A stretch of 7,698 bases of DNA, taken from the IMG/VR virus record IMGVR_UViG_2684622670_000020; one strand, written 5' to 3'. Positions 1-6,694 of the stretch are shown piece by piece (position 1 is the stretch's first letter; each line of letters begins with the position of its first letter). The notes below the pieces were generated by a model. The model saw nothing but the letters and a program-made list of their open reading frames with translations. It was not told the origin of the DNA and ran no database searches. A program made the translations under genes and the position numbers. This stretch comes from a virus. Its lineage: Duplodnaviria; Heunggongvirae; Uroviricota; Caudoviricetes.

Positions 1-17
1 TCACGCCGCATCCGGCA
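1..17 (-). repeat. partial REP-like (repetitive extragenic palindrome) sequence at window edge
   Basis: Reverse complement of 1-17 reads TGCCGGATGCGGCGTGA, which matches the start of a common E. coli REP unit as I recall it. The element is cut by the window edge, so the palindrome partner cannot be seen. Confidence 0.35.
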
Positions 18-264
18 TGAACAAAGCGCACGTTGTCTGGCCCCCTGCGGGTAAACGCGCCTGCCACAATTTTTTACCGTTGCTCATGTTGTAAGCGCGC
101 AGGTAGTTATCTGCCGTAGCGGCGATAAACAGCACATTACCCGCAGTAGAGATCGGCCCGCCCAGCATCGGCATTTCCATATTTAACGGTACCGGAACGG
201 GCATCGGGAACGACATGCTGTCCTGCGGCGTACCAATGCGTTTCTTTTCACAAATTGAACTTTA
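1..264 (-). pseudogene. gcd: truncated 3' fragment of a PQQ-dependent (quinoprotein) glucose dehydrogenase gene
   Basis: Minus-strand frame is open from the in-frame stop at 262-264 to the TGA at 1-3 (ORF track 1..216 starts at the first Met). The segment PMLGGPISTAGNVLFIAATADNYLRAYNMSNGKKLWQARLPAGGQ matches my recollection of the C-terminal propeller region of E. coli Gcd. The last 11 codons (TTCALFMPDAA) run into the REP-like sequence and do not look like Gcd. A full gene would need about 700 more codons upstream, which are absent. Confidence 0.55.
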
Positions 265-573
265 TTAACGGATTCCGCTTATGAATAGTTTTGCTGGTAT
301 ACTGCATGCCTTGCGCTTTGTTGCGGTGCCGAAACCCGCCCGTGCGAAGTGATTTGTTTTTAAATCATATGGTTAGAGATATGAAACATACTGTAGAAGC
401 AAAAATTATTTTGTATTCATGCTGTTATGTGTTTGCGTTGGGTTCTGTATTTATTTTTTATAATCAATGAGATAAATTCATTTCTTGTTCGTGTGCTTTC
501 TCCTTTTTTGGTGGTCTAGTATCGAGTGGTGTATCACTTGGTATATCACTTTTGGAGGGGCTGGGGAGGATGC

Positions 574-1800
574 GTGGCTGGCACAAACAAACTGAGTGAT
601 AAAAAATTAAGATCGCTTCTCGGCGTAAAGCGGGATTCAGTAATTACCATTGCGGATGGTGAAGGATTAAGCATCAAAGTATCCATGATGGGATGCATTA
701 GTTGGGTTTTCTCTTATCGTCTTGGTGGGCGTGGGAGCAAGTTAGAGCGCATTGTTCTTGGGCGTTACCCTGACATGTCGTTGAAAATGGCCAGGGAGAA
801 GAGGGAACTATGCCGAAAATGGTATGCGGAAGGGCTGAATCCACGACTTGAATTAGAACTTAGCGCAGAAGAAAACCTTAACCCCGTAACTGTCCATGAT
901 GCCCTTGAATATTGGCTAATTCATTACGCAAGAAAAAAACGTAGTGACGAGGAACTGGTGCGGGCGCAATTACGTAAGCATATTTATCCGCGTCTTGGCC
1001 ACTATCCGTTATCCCGGTGTGAAACGCGTCACTGGGTGGCATGTTTTGATGAAATTAACCAGTCCAGGCCAATCACTGCCGGGCGAATGTTCCAGATTTG
1101 TAAACAGGCCTTAAGATTCTGCAAGGTTCGCCGTTATGCCTCATGTGATGCCCTGGCTTTTATGACAATCCAGGATGTAGGGCAACCATCGGGGCAGCGT
1201 GATAGGGTGCTGTCAGATAGTGAGTTAGCTGATGTATGGCGGTGTACTTATAGCGATGAACAGCAACTTTATTATCTTCGTCTGCTTAAGTTGCTTGTGC
1301 TGTTTGGGGCGCGAACAATGGAAGTAAGATTATCCCGGTGGAGTGAATGGGATTTTCAGTCATGGATTTGGACGGTTCCTAAAGAACACAGCAAAACTCG
1401 TGAAAAAATAGTTCGTCCAATTCCAGAGGGCATTCGCCCATGGATTGAGGATCTAAAAAAGGAAACGGGAAAAACAGGAATTGTACTGGGTGAAGAACGT
1501 TCCCGCCAGGCTGCTTCGCTTAAAGGGCGTAGGCTATACAAAGATTTTCATCATAATGAGCCATGGACGCTTCACGATTTGCGCAGAACATTTTCTACAG
1601 GTTTAAATAATATGGGTATTGCGCCACATATTGTAGAGCTTTTACTTGGTCATGCATTGCCGGGGGTGATGGCTATTTATAACCGTAGTCTGTACTTACC
1701 TGAGAAAATGGATGCGTTGAATAAGTGGTATGGCCGATTAGAACTTCTGGCGGGTAATCATCAAAATGTGGTGCTGTTACCTGTATCGAATAGAGGTTAA
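574..1800 (+). CDS. int: P4-family tyrosine site-specific integrase
   Basis: N-terminal arm-binding-type segment (NKLSDKKLRSLL...DGEGLSIKVS...WVFSYRLGG...LGRYPDMSLKMAREKR). C-terminal catalytic signature HDLRRTFST ... LLGH ... AIYNRS (His-x-x-Arg, His, Tyr nucleophile). The ORF track opens at GTG 526; I prefer GTG 574, which is in frame and sits 4 nt after a GGAGG Shine-Dalgarno at 565-569, giving M-AGTNKLSDKK. Confidence 0.88.
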   Translation: MAGTNKLSDKKLRSLLGVKRDSVITIADGEGLSIKVSMMGCISWVFSYRLGGRGSKLERIVLGRYPDMSLKMAREKRELCRKWYAEGLNPRLELELSAEENLNPVTVHDALEYWLIHYARKKRSDEELVRAQLRKHIYPRLGHYPLSRCETRHWVACFDEINQSRPITAGRMFQICKQALRFCKVRRYASCDALAFMTIQDVGQPSGQRDRVLSDSELADVWRCTYSDEQQLYYLRLLKLLVLFGARTMEVRLSRWSEWDFQSWIWTVPKEHSKTREKIVRPIPEGIRPWIEDLKKETGKTGIVLGEERSRQAASLKGRRLYKDFHHNEPWTLHDLRRTFSTGLNNMGIAPHIVELLLGHALPGVMAIYNRSLYLPEKMDALNKWYGRLELLAGNHQNVVLLPVSNRG

Positions 1801-1891
1801 ACTGATATTACGGGCATAGGTCGGCCAACCGAAAAGCGGGAAACCCTACCCGCCTGGCTCGTAAAGTATTTAGGGCGTTGAGGGTAGCGCA

Positions 1892-2821
1892 ATGGCTAAC
1901 GACATTAAAATTCCTTTTCAGTATTGCAACATTGAACGTGCATCAAGATTGCTGGGTTGCGAGATTAGCGATCTCGTGAATTTAGGTGTTACTAAAAAAA
2001 TAGCTTTATGCCTAAATTTATTTGATGCTCGCGCTGTTTTATATATGAATACTGATAGCAAGTCTGCAACTGCTTGGTTTGATACCAGAAATGCAAAATC
2101 GACCACATCACTGATGGGGAACAATATTACTGAATACTCCAGATTTCATCTTTTCAGATACAATTATAACGAGGAGACAGATGAAACTATACACGCGCCT
2201 TTATTCGGTCAAGACTCAGAAAACGGATGCTTTAGCTCTATTGGTAGGGCTTATGGATTGTGGCGCCTTTGGAGTGGGCTGGAAGAGCTACAAAATTTTG
2301 GAGAGTATTCCCTAAGTGGTTTTGAATTAACCCCGTGTCATCCAGAAACTGATAATCCTGCCGTACAACTTTTAATGGTTGGTGAAGATAGTGATTATGA
2401 TGAAGAAGACGATCAAATATTAAAGAATAATATTTCTATAAATGACTTGTGGATTACCGCTCATGATATAAGGCGACTTCTTGACTGTGGTGGCGATTAT
2501 TTTACGCTAACAGATAATTTTGAATCTGTAGAACCTCACAAGATGAATGGCAATGAAATTGTGCACCATTCTGCTGAAAGACATGCAAGAAATCGAGAGC
2601 AAATTTTAATGGTTGCTATGCGTTTTAAAGAAGAGCAACAAAATACTTTTAATGAGACCTGCAGAAAAAACGATGGAACGATTAACTATTCTGCTTGGGC
2701 TCGTGAGTTGATCGCCAGACCTGATTGGTTCATTAATAGTGAATTGCCAATAAAAACAGAAACAAAAATAGCAGCAATTTTAAGTAATGCTCATAAGAGG
2801 CCGAGTGAAAGGTCGCAGTAA
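1892..2821 (+). CDS. hypothetical protein, 309 aa, AT-rich orphan cargo gene
   Basis: Long ORF with ATG at 1892 and GAGGG 7 nt upstream. Strongly AT-rich compared with its neighbours (hand count of 2401-2460 gives 17 of 60 G+C; 5041-5100 in rep gives 34 of 60). Contains an acidic stretch EDSDYDEEDDQ. No catalytic motif recognised. Confidence 0.7.
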   Translation: MANDIKIPFQYCNIERASRLLGCEISDLVNLGVTKKIALCLNLFDARAVLYMNTDSKSATAWFDTRNAKSTTSLMGNNITEYSRFHLFRYNYNEETDETIHAPLFGQDSENGCFSSIGRAYGLWRLWSGLEELQNFGEYSLSGFELTPCHPETDNPAVQLLMVGEDSDYDEEDDQILKNNISINDLWITAHDIRRLLDCGGDYFTLTDNFESVEPHKMNGNEIVHHSAERHARNREQILMVAMRFKEEQQNTFNETCRKNDGTINYSAWARELIARPDWFINSELPIKTETKIAAILSNAHKRPSERSQ

Positions 2822-2840
2822 GCCTTACTCATATACTCCT

Positions 2841-2885
2841 AAGCATACTGATATATTTATAAGCATTATCAGTATGTTTCTATGA
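2841..2885 (+). terminator. possible intrinsic terminator or regulatory hairpin downstream of the 309-aa gene
   Basis: Inverted repeat CATACTGATA (2844-2853) and TATCAGTATG (2867-2876), extendable to about 13 bp with one G-T, around a 13-nt loop, followed by GTTTCTATG. The stem is AT-rich, so it is weak as a terminator. Confidence 0.3.
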
Positions 2886-2958
2886 TTACTACTGTATTTT
2901 AATCCAGTATTAAAGATTGCAAAATAGCCTCCGCAAGCATAGATACAGTGGAGGCAAT

Positions 2959-3243
2959 ATGACAAAAACTACATTCATTCCCCCAACTCCAGAACAACGC
3001 CGGGCGCTTCTTGAAGAATACGGTTTTGAATTTGATCGCCGTATCCGTGAAAAGGAATGCCAGGAAATCACCAGTCTGTCGCGCTCAACTCGCTTCAAAA
3101 TGGAAAATGAAGGGCGTTTCCCGCTTCGTTGTCATTTCGGGCGCAATAGCTGTGCGTGGCTTCTCTCTGATGTGCTTTGGTGGGTTCGTAACCCACCTGC
3201 TGTAGATAAAGTCAATAATCCGTACGGTAAGAAAGCTGCATAA
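2959..3243 (+). CDS. alpA: AlpA-family (phage/prophage) transcriptional regulator or excision activator, HTH
   Basis: The segment ITSLSRSTRFKMENEGRFPLRCHFGRNSCAWLLSDVLWWV fits the AlpA pattern (TGLSRSTIYRL..G.FP.P.K.G.R.V.W..SEV..WI). ATG at 2959 is preceded by GGAGG at 2950-2954. The ORF track opens at TTG 2917, which I consider less likely. The protein has an N-terminal extension relative to 70-aa AlpA. Confidence 0.7.
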   Translation: MTKTTFIPPTPEQRRALLEEYGFEFDRRIREKECQEITSLSRSTRFKMENEGRFPLRCHFGRNSCAWLLSDVLWWVRNPPAVDKVNNPYGKKAA

Positions 3244-3262
3244 GGGGGGAGTATATGACACA

Positions 3263-3292
3263 TAAAACAAAGGCGACCGGGGGCGGTCGCCA
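3263..3292 (-). terminator. rho-independent terminator for leftward transcription
   Basis: Perfect 8-bp GC-rich stem GGCGACCG (3272-3279) and CGGTCGCC (3284-3291) with loop GGGG. On the minus strand it is followed by the U-tract UUUGUUUUAU (complement of 3262-3271). On the plus strand no U-tract follows. Confidence 0.45.
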
Positions 3293-3553
3293 ATGAAAAC
3301 ACTAAACATAAGCCCGAACATCATAGCGATTTGCTGGCTGGTGGGCAATGTGATCAGTGTGCTGGCTTGCTGGTGGATTATCAGCCTTTTGGCTCGATAC
3401 CGCGCTGTTGTAATTCTTTGCGGATTATTCGCTTTATCCAGGCAGCAAGAGAATCATCGCCGTCCTGTTGTTGTGCTTTTTCCATCTTTTCCCGTAAGTC
3501 AGGATCTAAACGGAACTGGAACGGAGGATTACCACGCCTTTCGCTTTTGTGTG

Positions 3554-3581
3554 TTGACACGTTAATTACACCTCATGTAAT
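3554..3581 (+). promoter_or_regulatory. sigma70-like promoter for the rightward replication operon
   Basis: TTGACA (3554-3559), 16-bp spacer, TGTAAT (3576-3581). Predicted start near 3588-3590, about 100 nt upstream of the first operon ORF. Confidence 0.45.
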
Positions 3582-3588
3582 GTATTTA

Positions 3589-3609
3589 TGTGTAATGACA
3601 CATTACACA
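3589..3609. promoter_or_regulatory. palindromic operator overlapping the predicted transcription start
   Basis: TGTGTAATG-aca-CATTACACA is a perfect 9-bp inverted repeat with 3-bp spacer. The half-site TGTAATG also occurs at 3576-3582, overlapping the -10 element. Confidence 0.4.
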
Positions 3610-3693
3610 CAATCGGCGCAAAAAGCAAAGCCCCGCAAGTGTCGTTACCACTGGCAGGGCTTATAACCACAAACCGTTATGAGAGGTAGTTTT

Positions 3694-3891
3694 ATGGCTG
3701 TAAGACAGCATACCCCACGCCTAGCGCACACACAAACGGCCTTTGTGTGGCGTTTTCTAGCACTGAGTGCCGGAGAATCTCAAATCATCCACGTCACCGC
3801 ATGGACAGAACGCGAAGCGCGTAACCGTTGCCCGTCCGGTTGTGTCGCTGTATTCGCCGCCCGTATTCGTCAGGGGGTGAGTCATGCATAA
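3694..3891 (+). CDS. small hypothetical protein, 65 aa (possibly Icd-like, unverified)
   Basis: ATG at 3694 lies 7 nt after GAGAGG; the ORF track's earlier ATG at 3679 has no Shine-Dalgarno. First gene after the promoter. FVWRFLALSA...TEREAR...VFAARI loosely resembles small prophage proteins annotated as Icd-like, from memory only. Confidence 0.5.
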   Translation: MAVRQHTPRLAHTQTAFVWRFLALSAGESQIIHVTAWTEREARNRCPSGCVAVFAARIRQGVSHA

Positions 3892-4111
3892 AATACCCTT
3901 TGATGTTCTTGTTCATTCTGAAAACGCATTAATCCGCGCAAAGGAAATGGACGCATTACTACTTAAGTTAATTGATGTGCCGGAAAGTGGCGATGAATCT
4001 GATTCAATGATGTTTTCTGCCGTGCGTACGCTATTAACGCCTGTTATTAATGAATTAAATACGGTGATGGCAATTCACGAGAATAATAAAACGCATCACA
4101 CCGGAGAATAA
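3884..4111 (+). CDS. small hypothetical protein, 75 aa
   Basis: ATG 3884 overlaps the end of the previous ORF (ATGCATAA), suggesting translational coupling. Acidic, predicted helical; no family recognised. Confidence 0.5.
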   Translation: MHKIPFDVLVHSENALIRAKEMDALLLKLIDVPESGDESDSMMFSAVRTLLTPVINELNTVMAIHENNKTHHTGE

Positions 4112-4116
4112 AAACC

Positions 4117-4416
4117 ATGAAACAGAAAAATTCTGGCTTTACTGCCAGCGGCCTCCCTCGGCCTGAAATCTGCCCCGGCGATATTTACCGGGATAAATAC
4201 GGCAGCACGGTAATGATTAAAGGTGTTGCCGGACGGTGCGTTACTTACCGCCGTGAAGGTTATGAATATGACTGCGTGATGTCTGTTTATCAGTTCCGGC
4301 GTGATTTTTCTCTGGTACAGAACGCAACACGCGGTAAGCCCACCAGCAGGGAAAAAGCACGGGAAAATATTAAGAAAATAAAAAGCATGCTCAGCGCATC
4401 CAGAGGTAAAAAATGA
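4117..4416 (+). CDS. small hypothetical protein, 99 aa, basic C-terminus
   Basis: ATG 4117 with GGAGA upstream; its stop overlaps the rep start (ATGA at 4413-4416). No family recognised. Confidence 0.55.
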   Translation: MKQKNSGFTASGLPRPEICPGDIYRDKYGSTVMIKGVAGRCVTYRREGYEYDCVMSVYQFRRDFSLVQNATRGKPTSREKARENIKKIKSMLSASRGKK

Positions 4417-5819
4417 AACTGGCACCAAACGTAAAACTGTTACCGAAAGATAAACACACTGAGGCGGTTATTTTTGCGGGTGATAATGCTCACTCCTTTG
4501 CAGAACATTACATGATTGCACAGGCCAAAAAAGCAGGCGATCCCATCCCTCCGGTTTACCTGGGCCGTTATCAGTTAAGCGAACTGGACAATTTACAGAT
4601 TGTTGATGAAGGACGATACAGAGCAAAGGTCATACGCGCCGGAAACCTGGACGATATGCAGATGCTGACCATTGCCACAAAACTGGCGATCGCAGGTGTC
4701 CGGGAAGCGCGGTTACTTTCAGAGAATTTCGAACTACTGGAGGACTGGAGCGAGCAACTACCGCGCCTTAAAGAAACCTGGGAACGTGGGGAAAGCCTGG
4801 TCATGAATGGTGGAAAGCGAAAAATCACACTTCCCATCTCATGGGGTTCTGAGGGATTCGACGCGCAGCAAAGCTACGTAATTAAGGGGCTTATTCCGGC
4901 TGAATCATTATGCAGCACCTACGGCGCGAGTGGTTCCTATAAATCGTTCCTCGCTATCTCCTGGTCGTGCCATGTTGCCACAGGTATGGCATGGGGAGGC
5001 CGCAGGGTAAGTAAGGGCGCGGTTATCTATATCGCTGGCGAAGGCAGTATGGGCGTAAAACGCCGCGTTAAGGCGTGGGAGATAACCCACGACAAGGTGG
5101 TTACAGATTTGTGCATCATTAACGCGCCTGTTTTCCCCGCATCGCCTGACTATGTGGAGCAGGTTATCAGGACTGCCGGACTTGTTAAGAGCAGAACGGG
5201 CGAAAATGTGCGGCTGATTGTGATCGACACACTGGCCCGTTGCTTTGGTGGGAATGATGAAAATGATTCCCGCGATATGGGCGCATTTATCCAGGGGTGT
5301 GACGCGATAAAGCAGGCCACAGGGGCCACGGTGCTGGTGGTTCACCATTCCGGCAAGGATGAAACAAAGGGGGCGCGTGGTTCCAGCGCATTCCGTGCCG
5401 CGCTTGATGCAGAGTACCGAATCAGCCGGGAAAATTCAGACGTTACAGCACTGGTGGCGGCGTGTACGAAGATGAAGGACGCAGAGGAGCCAAAAGAAAG
5501 CGCATACGACCTTAAAAGCGTGGAGGTGTTTACCGATACAGATGGCGAAGAGATTGTGTCTATGGTGGTGATTGACGTTCCCCGCGCCCCTGCTGAACTG
5601 GAGCGCATAGAGGAGGCCGGGAACAAGACGGAAAATCACGCCGCATTATGGCAGTGCATCAGAACACGGGCAGCACACAAAGAGCCATGCACTATCGCCC
5701 TGCTACGCGACGATATGAAAAAGCTGGGGTATGAGATGAAGCACTTCCGGCGCTGGCTGTACAAGCTGGAAAATGATGGCGTAATCGTTATTGACGGTGA
5801 TGACGTGCGCCCACTGTAA
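4413..5819 (+). CDS. RepA-like (AAA_25 / DnaB-like RecA-fold) replication ATPase-helicase of the island
   Basis: P-loop-like GASGSYKS, Walker-B-like LIVIDTLARCFGGNDENDS and VLVVHHSGKD, which is the motif order of RepA/AAA_25 replicative ATPases. About 90 C-terminal residues look like a separate possible DNA-binding domain. An iteron array lies immediately downstream. Confidence 0.75.
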   Translation: MKLAPNVKLLPKDKHTEAVIFAGDNAHSFAEHYMIAQAKKAGDPIPPVYLGRYQLSELDNLQIVDEGRYRAKVIRAGNLDDMQMLTIATKLAIAGVREARLLSENFELLEDWSEQLPRLKETWERGESLVMNGGKRKITLPISWGSEGFDAQQSYVIKGLIPAESLCSTYGASGSYKSFLAISWSCHVATGMAWGGRRVSKGAVIYIAGEGSMGVKRRVKAWEITHDKVVTDLCIINAPVFPASPDYVEQVIRTAGLVKSRTGENVRLIVIDTLARCFGGNDENDSRDMGAFIQGCDAIKQATGATVLVVHHSGKDETKGARGSSAFRAALDAEYRISRENSDVTALVAACTKMKDAEEPKESAYDLKSVEVFTDTDGEEIVSMVVIDVPRAPAELERIEEAGNKTENHAALWQCIRTRAAHKEPCTIALLRDDMKKLGYEMKHFRRWLYKLENDGVIVIDGDDVRPL

Positions 5820-5820
5820 A

Positions 5821-6022
5821 AAGTGGGGAGTAAAAGTGGGGAGTATGGGGAATTTAACAAAATTGAAACACTATTCCCCACTTTTCGACCTGTATACATC
5901 CAAAAAAGTGGGGAGTAAAAAACACAATGAAAAACAAAGCATTAGATTCACCCAAAAAACGAGATGGGGAGCAAGTGGGGAATTTAAAAAGTGGGGAGCA
6001 AAAGTGGGGAGTGGTGGGGAAT
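5821..6022. repeat. iteron array, putative origin of replication of the island
   Basis: Ten copies of the core (G/A)TGGGGA: direct at 5823, 5836, 5845, 5908, 5964, 5975, 5991, 6004 and 6014, and inverted at 5875-5881. They form two clusters (5823-5851 and 5964-6020) flanking an AT-rich stretch, immediately 3' of rep. Confidence 0.6.
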
Positions 6023-6272
6023 GACCAGAAAAACCAGAGATAAGACAGCGCCAAAATATAAAGCATTAGACATGACAGAGCACGCCTTAAAGGTGGCAAT
6101 CAGAACGATAGACCGCCATGCCGGGGAAGGATACGCGAAAGCACATCCCGAACTGATAAGCGCATTCATGACCACGGCGGCGGCAAACTTTGCCACGCTG
6201 ACTGAGCGGGAAATTGCGGAAGCGGAACAGGTGACAACCATCAACGTTAAAACCGGAGAGGTGACAGCATGA
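6021..6272 (+). CDS. small hypothetical protein, about 83 aa
   Basis: ATG 6021 lies 9 nt after GGGAG inside the last iteron; the ORF track opens at GTG 5991, within the repeats. Its stop overlaps the ssb start (ATGA at 6269-6272). No family recognised. Confidence 0.5.
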   Translation: MTRKTRDKTAPKYKALDMTEHALKVAIRTIDRHAGEGYAKAHPELISAFMTTAAANFATLTEREIAEAEQVTTINVKTGEVTA

Positions 6273-6694
6273 CAGCACAGATAGCGGCTTACGGGCGGCT
6301 GGTGGCTGACCCGCAGTTAAAAACCACCAGCAAGGGAACACAAATGGCGATGGCGAGTATGGCGGTTTCCCTGCCGTGCAGCCAGGCCGATGACGGAACG
6401 GCGACGATGTGGTTATCCGTTCTGGCGTTTGGCAGACAGGCCGATGCACTGGCCAGGCACCACAAAGGCGAACTGGTGAGCGTGGCGGGTAACATGCAGG
6501 TAAGCCAGTGGACAGGCCAGAACGGCGAAACGCGGCAGGGCTGGCAGGTCATCGCAGACAGTGTAATCAGTGCGCGAACGGCGCGACCGGGCGGCAAAAA
6601 AGGTCAACAGGGCCAGGCCACTGACGCACTGAACAGGGCAAAACAACAGACAGGCCAGCACGATGACCCGTACGGGGACGGGATACCGTTTTAA
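6269..6694 (+). CDS. ssb: single-stranded DNA-binding protein (SSB)
   Basis: OB-fold pattern aligns by eye to E. coli SSB (MWLSVLAFGRQAD vs EWHRVVLFGKLAE; KGELVSVAGNMQVSQWTGQNGETRQGW vs [27 protein letters not shown]). Gly/Gln-rich linker, and acidic C-terminal tail DDPYGDGIPF ending in the SSB hallmark IPF. Confidence 0.85.
   Translation: MTAQIAAYGRLVADPQLKTTSKGTQMAMASMAVSLPCSQADDGTATMWLSVLAFGRQADALARHHKGELVSVAGNMQVSQWTGQNGETRQGWQVIADSVISARTARPGGKKGQQGQATDALNRAKQQTGQHDDPYGDGIPF

Noticed and set aside
217-525. tRNA or tmRNA gene expected upstream of a P4-type integrase
   Set aside because: No cloverleaf-compatible sequence or T-loop motif (GTTCGAATC-like) was seen by eye. The region is simply AT-rich. 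A tRNA scan should be run to confirm.
1356-1541. 61-aa minus-strand ORF inside the integrase gene
   Set aside because: Entirely antisense to a well-supported CDS, with no ribosome-binding site or motif.
1801-1891. Short inverted repeat CTACCC/GGGTAG between int and the cargo gene
   Set aside because: Only 6 to 7 bp with a loop of about 24 nt; too weak to call a terminator or operator.
1918-2124. 68-aa minus-strand ORF inside the 309-aa gene
   Set aside because: Antisense overlap in AT-rich DNA, where chance ORFs are common.
2910-3348. ORFs 2910-3098 (-), 3011-3205 (+) and 3085-3348 (-) overlapping alpA
   Set aside because: Alternative-frame or antisense overlaps of the alpA CDS. The 3085-3348 ORF also reads through the terminator hairpin.
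3381-3485. 34-codon minus-strand ORF (MEKAQQQDGDDSLAAWIKRIIRKELQQRGIEPKG)
   Set aside because: Too short and without a clear Shine-Dalgarno to call as a feature. It is kept only as a possibility within the switch-region finding.
3293-3666. Plus-strand ORFs 3293-3565 (90 aa) and 3331-3666 (111 aa)
   Set aside because: They overlap each other and the promoter/operator, are Cys/Trp-rich in a way typical of off-frame translation, and lack a convincing ribosome-binding site. The region is treated as regulatory or non-coding, though a small hydrophobic peptide cannot be fully excluded.
4096-5899. Minus-strand ORFs antisense to the small ORFs and rep (4096-4428, 4571-4837, 4908-5348, 5342-5626, 5436-5639, 5636-5899)
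   Set aside because: All antisense to CDSs that have motif support. They are low-complexity, Ser/Arg-rich translations.
5821-6022. Possible CRISPR array
   Set aside because: Repeat units are only 7 to 12 bp with irregular spacing of 10 to 60 bp and include an inverted copy. This is inconsistent with CRISPR repeat-spacer architecture.
5791-6244. ORFs 5791-6024 (+), 5854-6099 (-) and 5984-6244 (-) across the iteron region
   Set aside because: Their translations are repetitive (KWGVKVGS repeated), which is an artefact of the GTGGGGA repeats. The region is interpreted as a non-coding origin.
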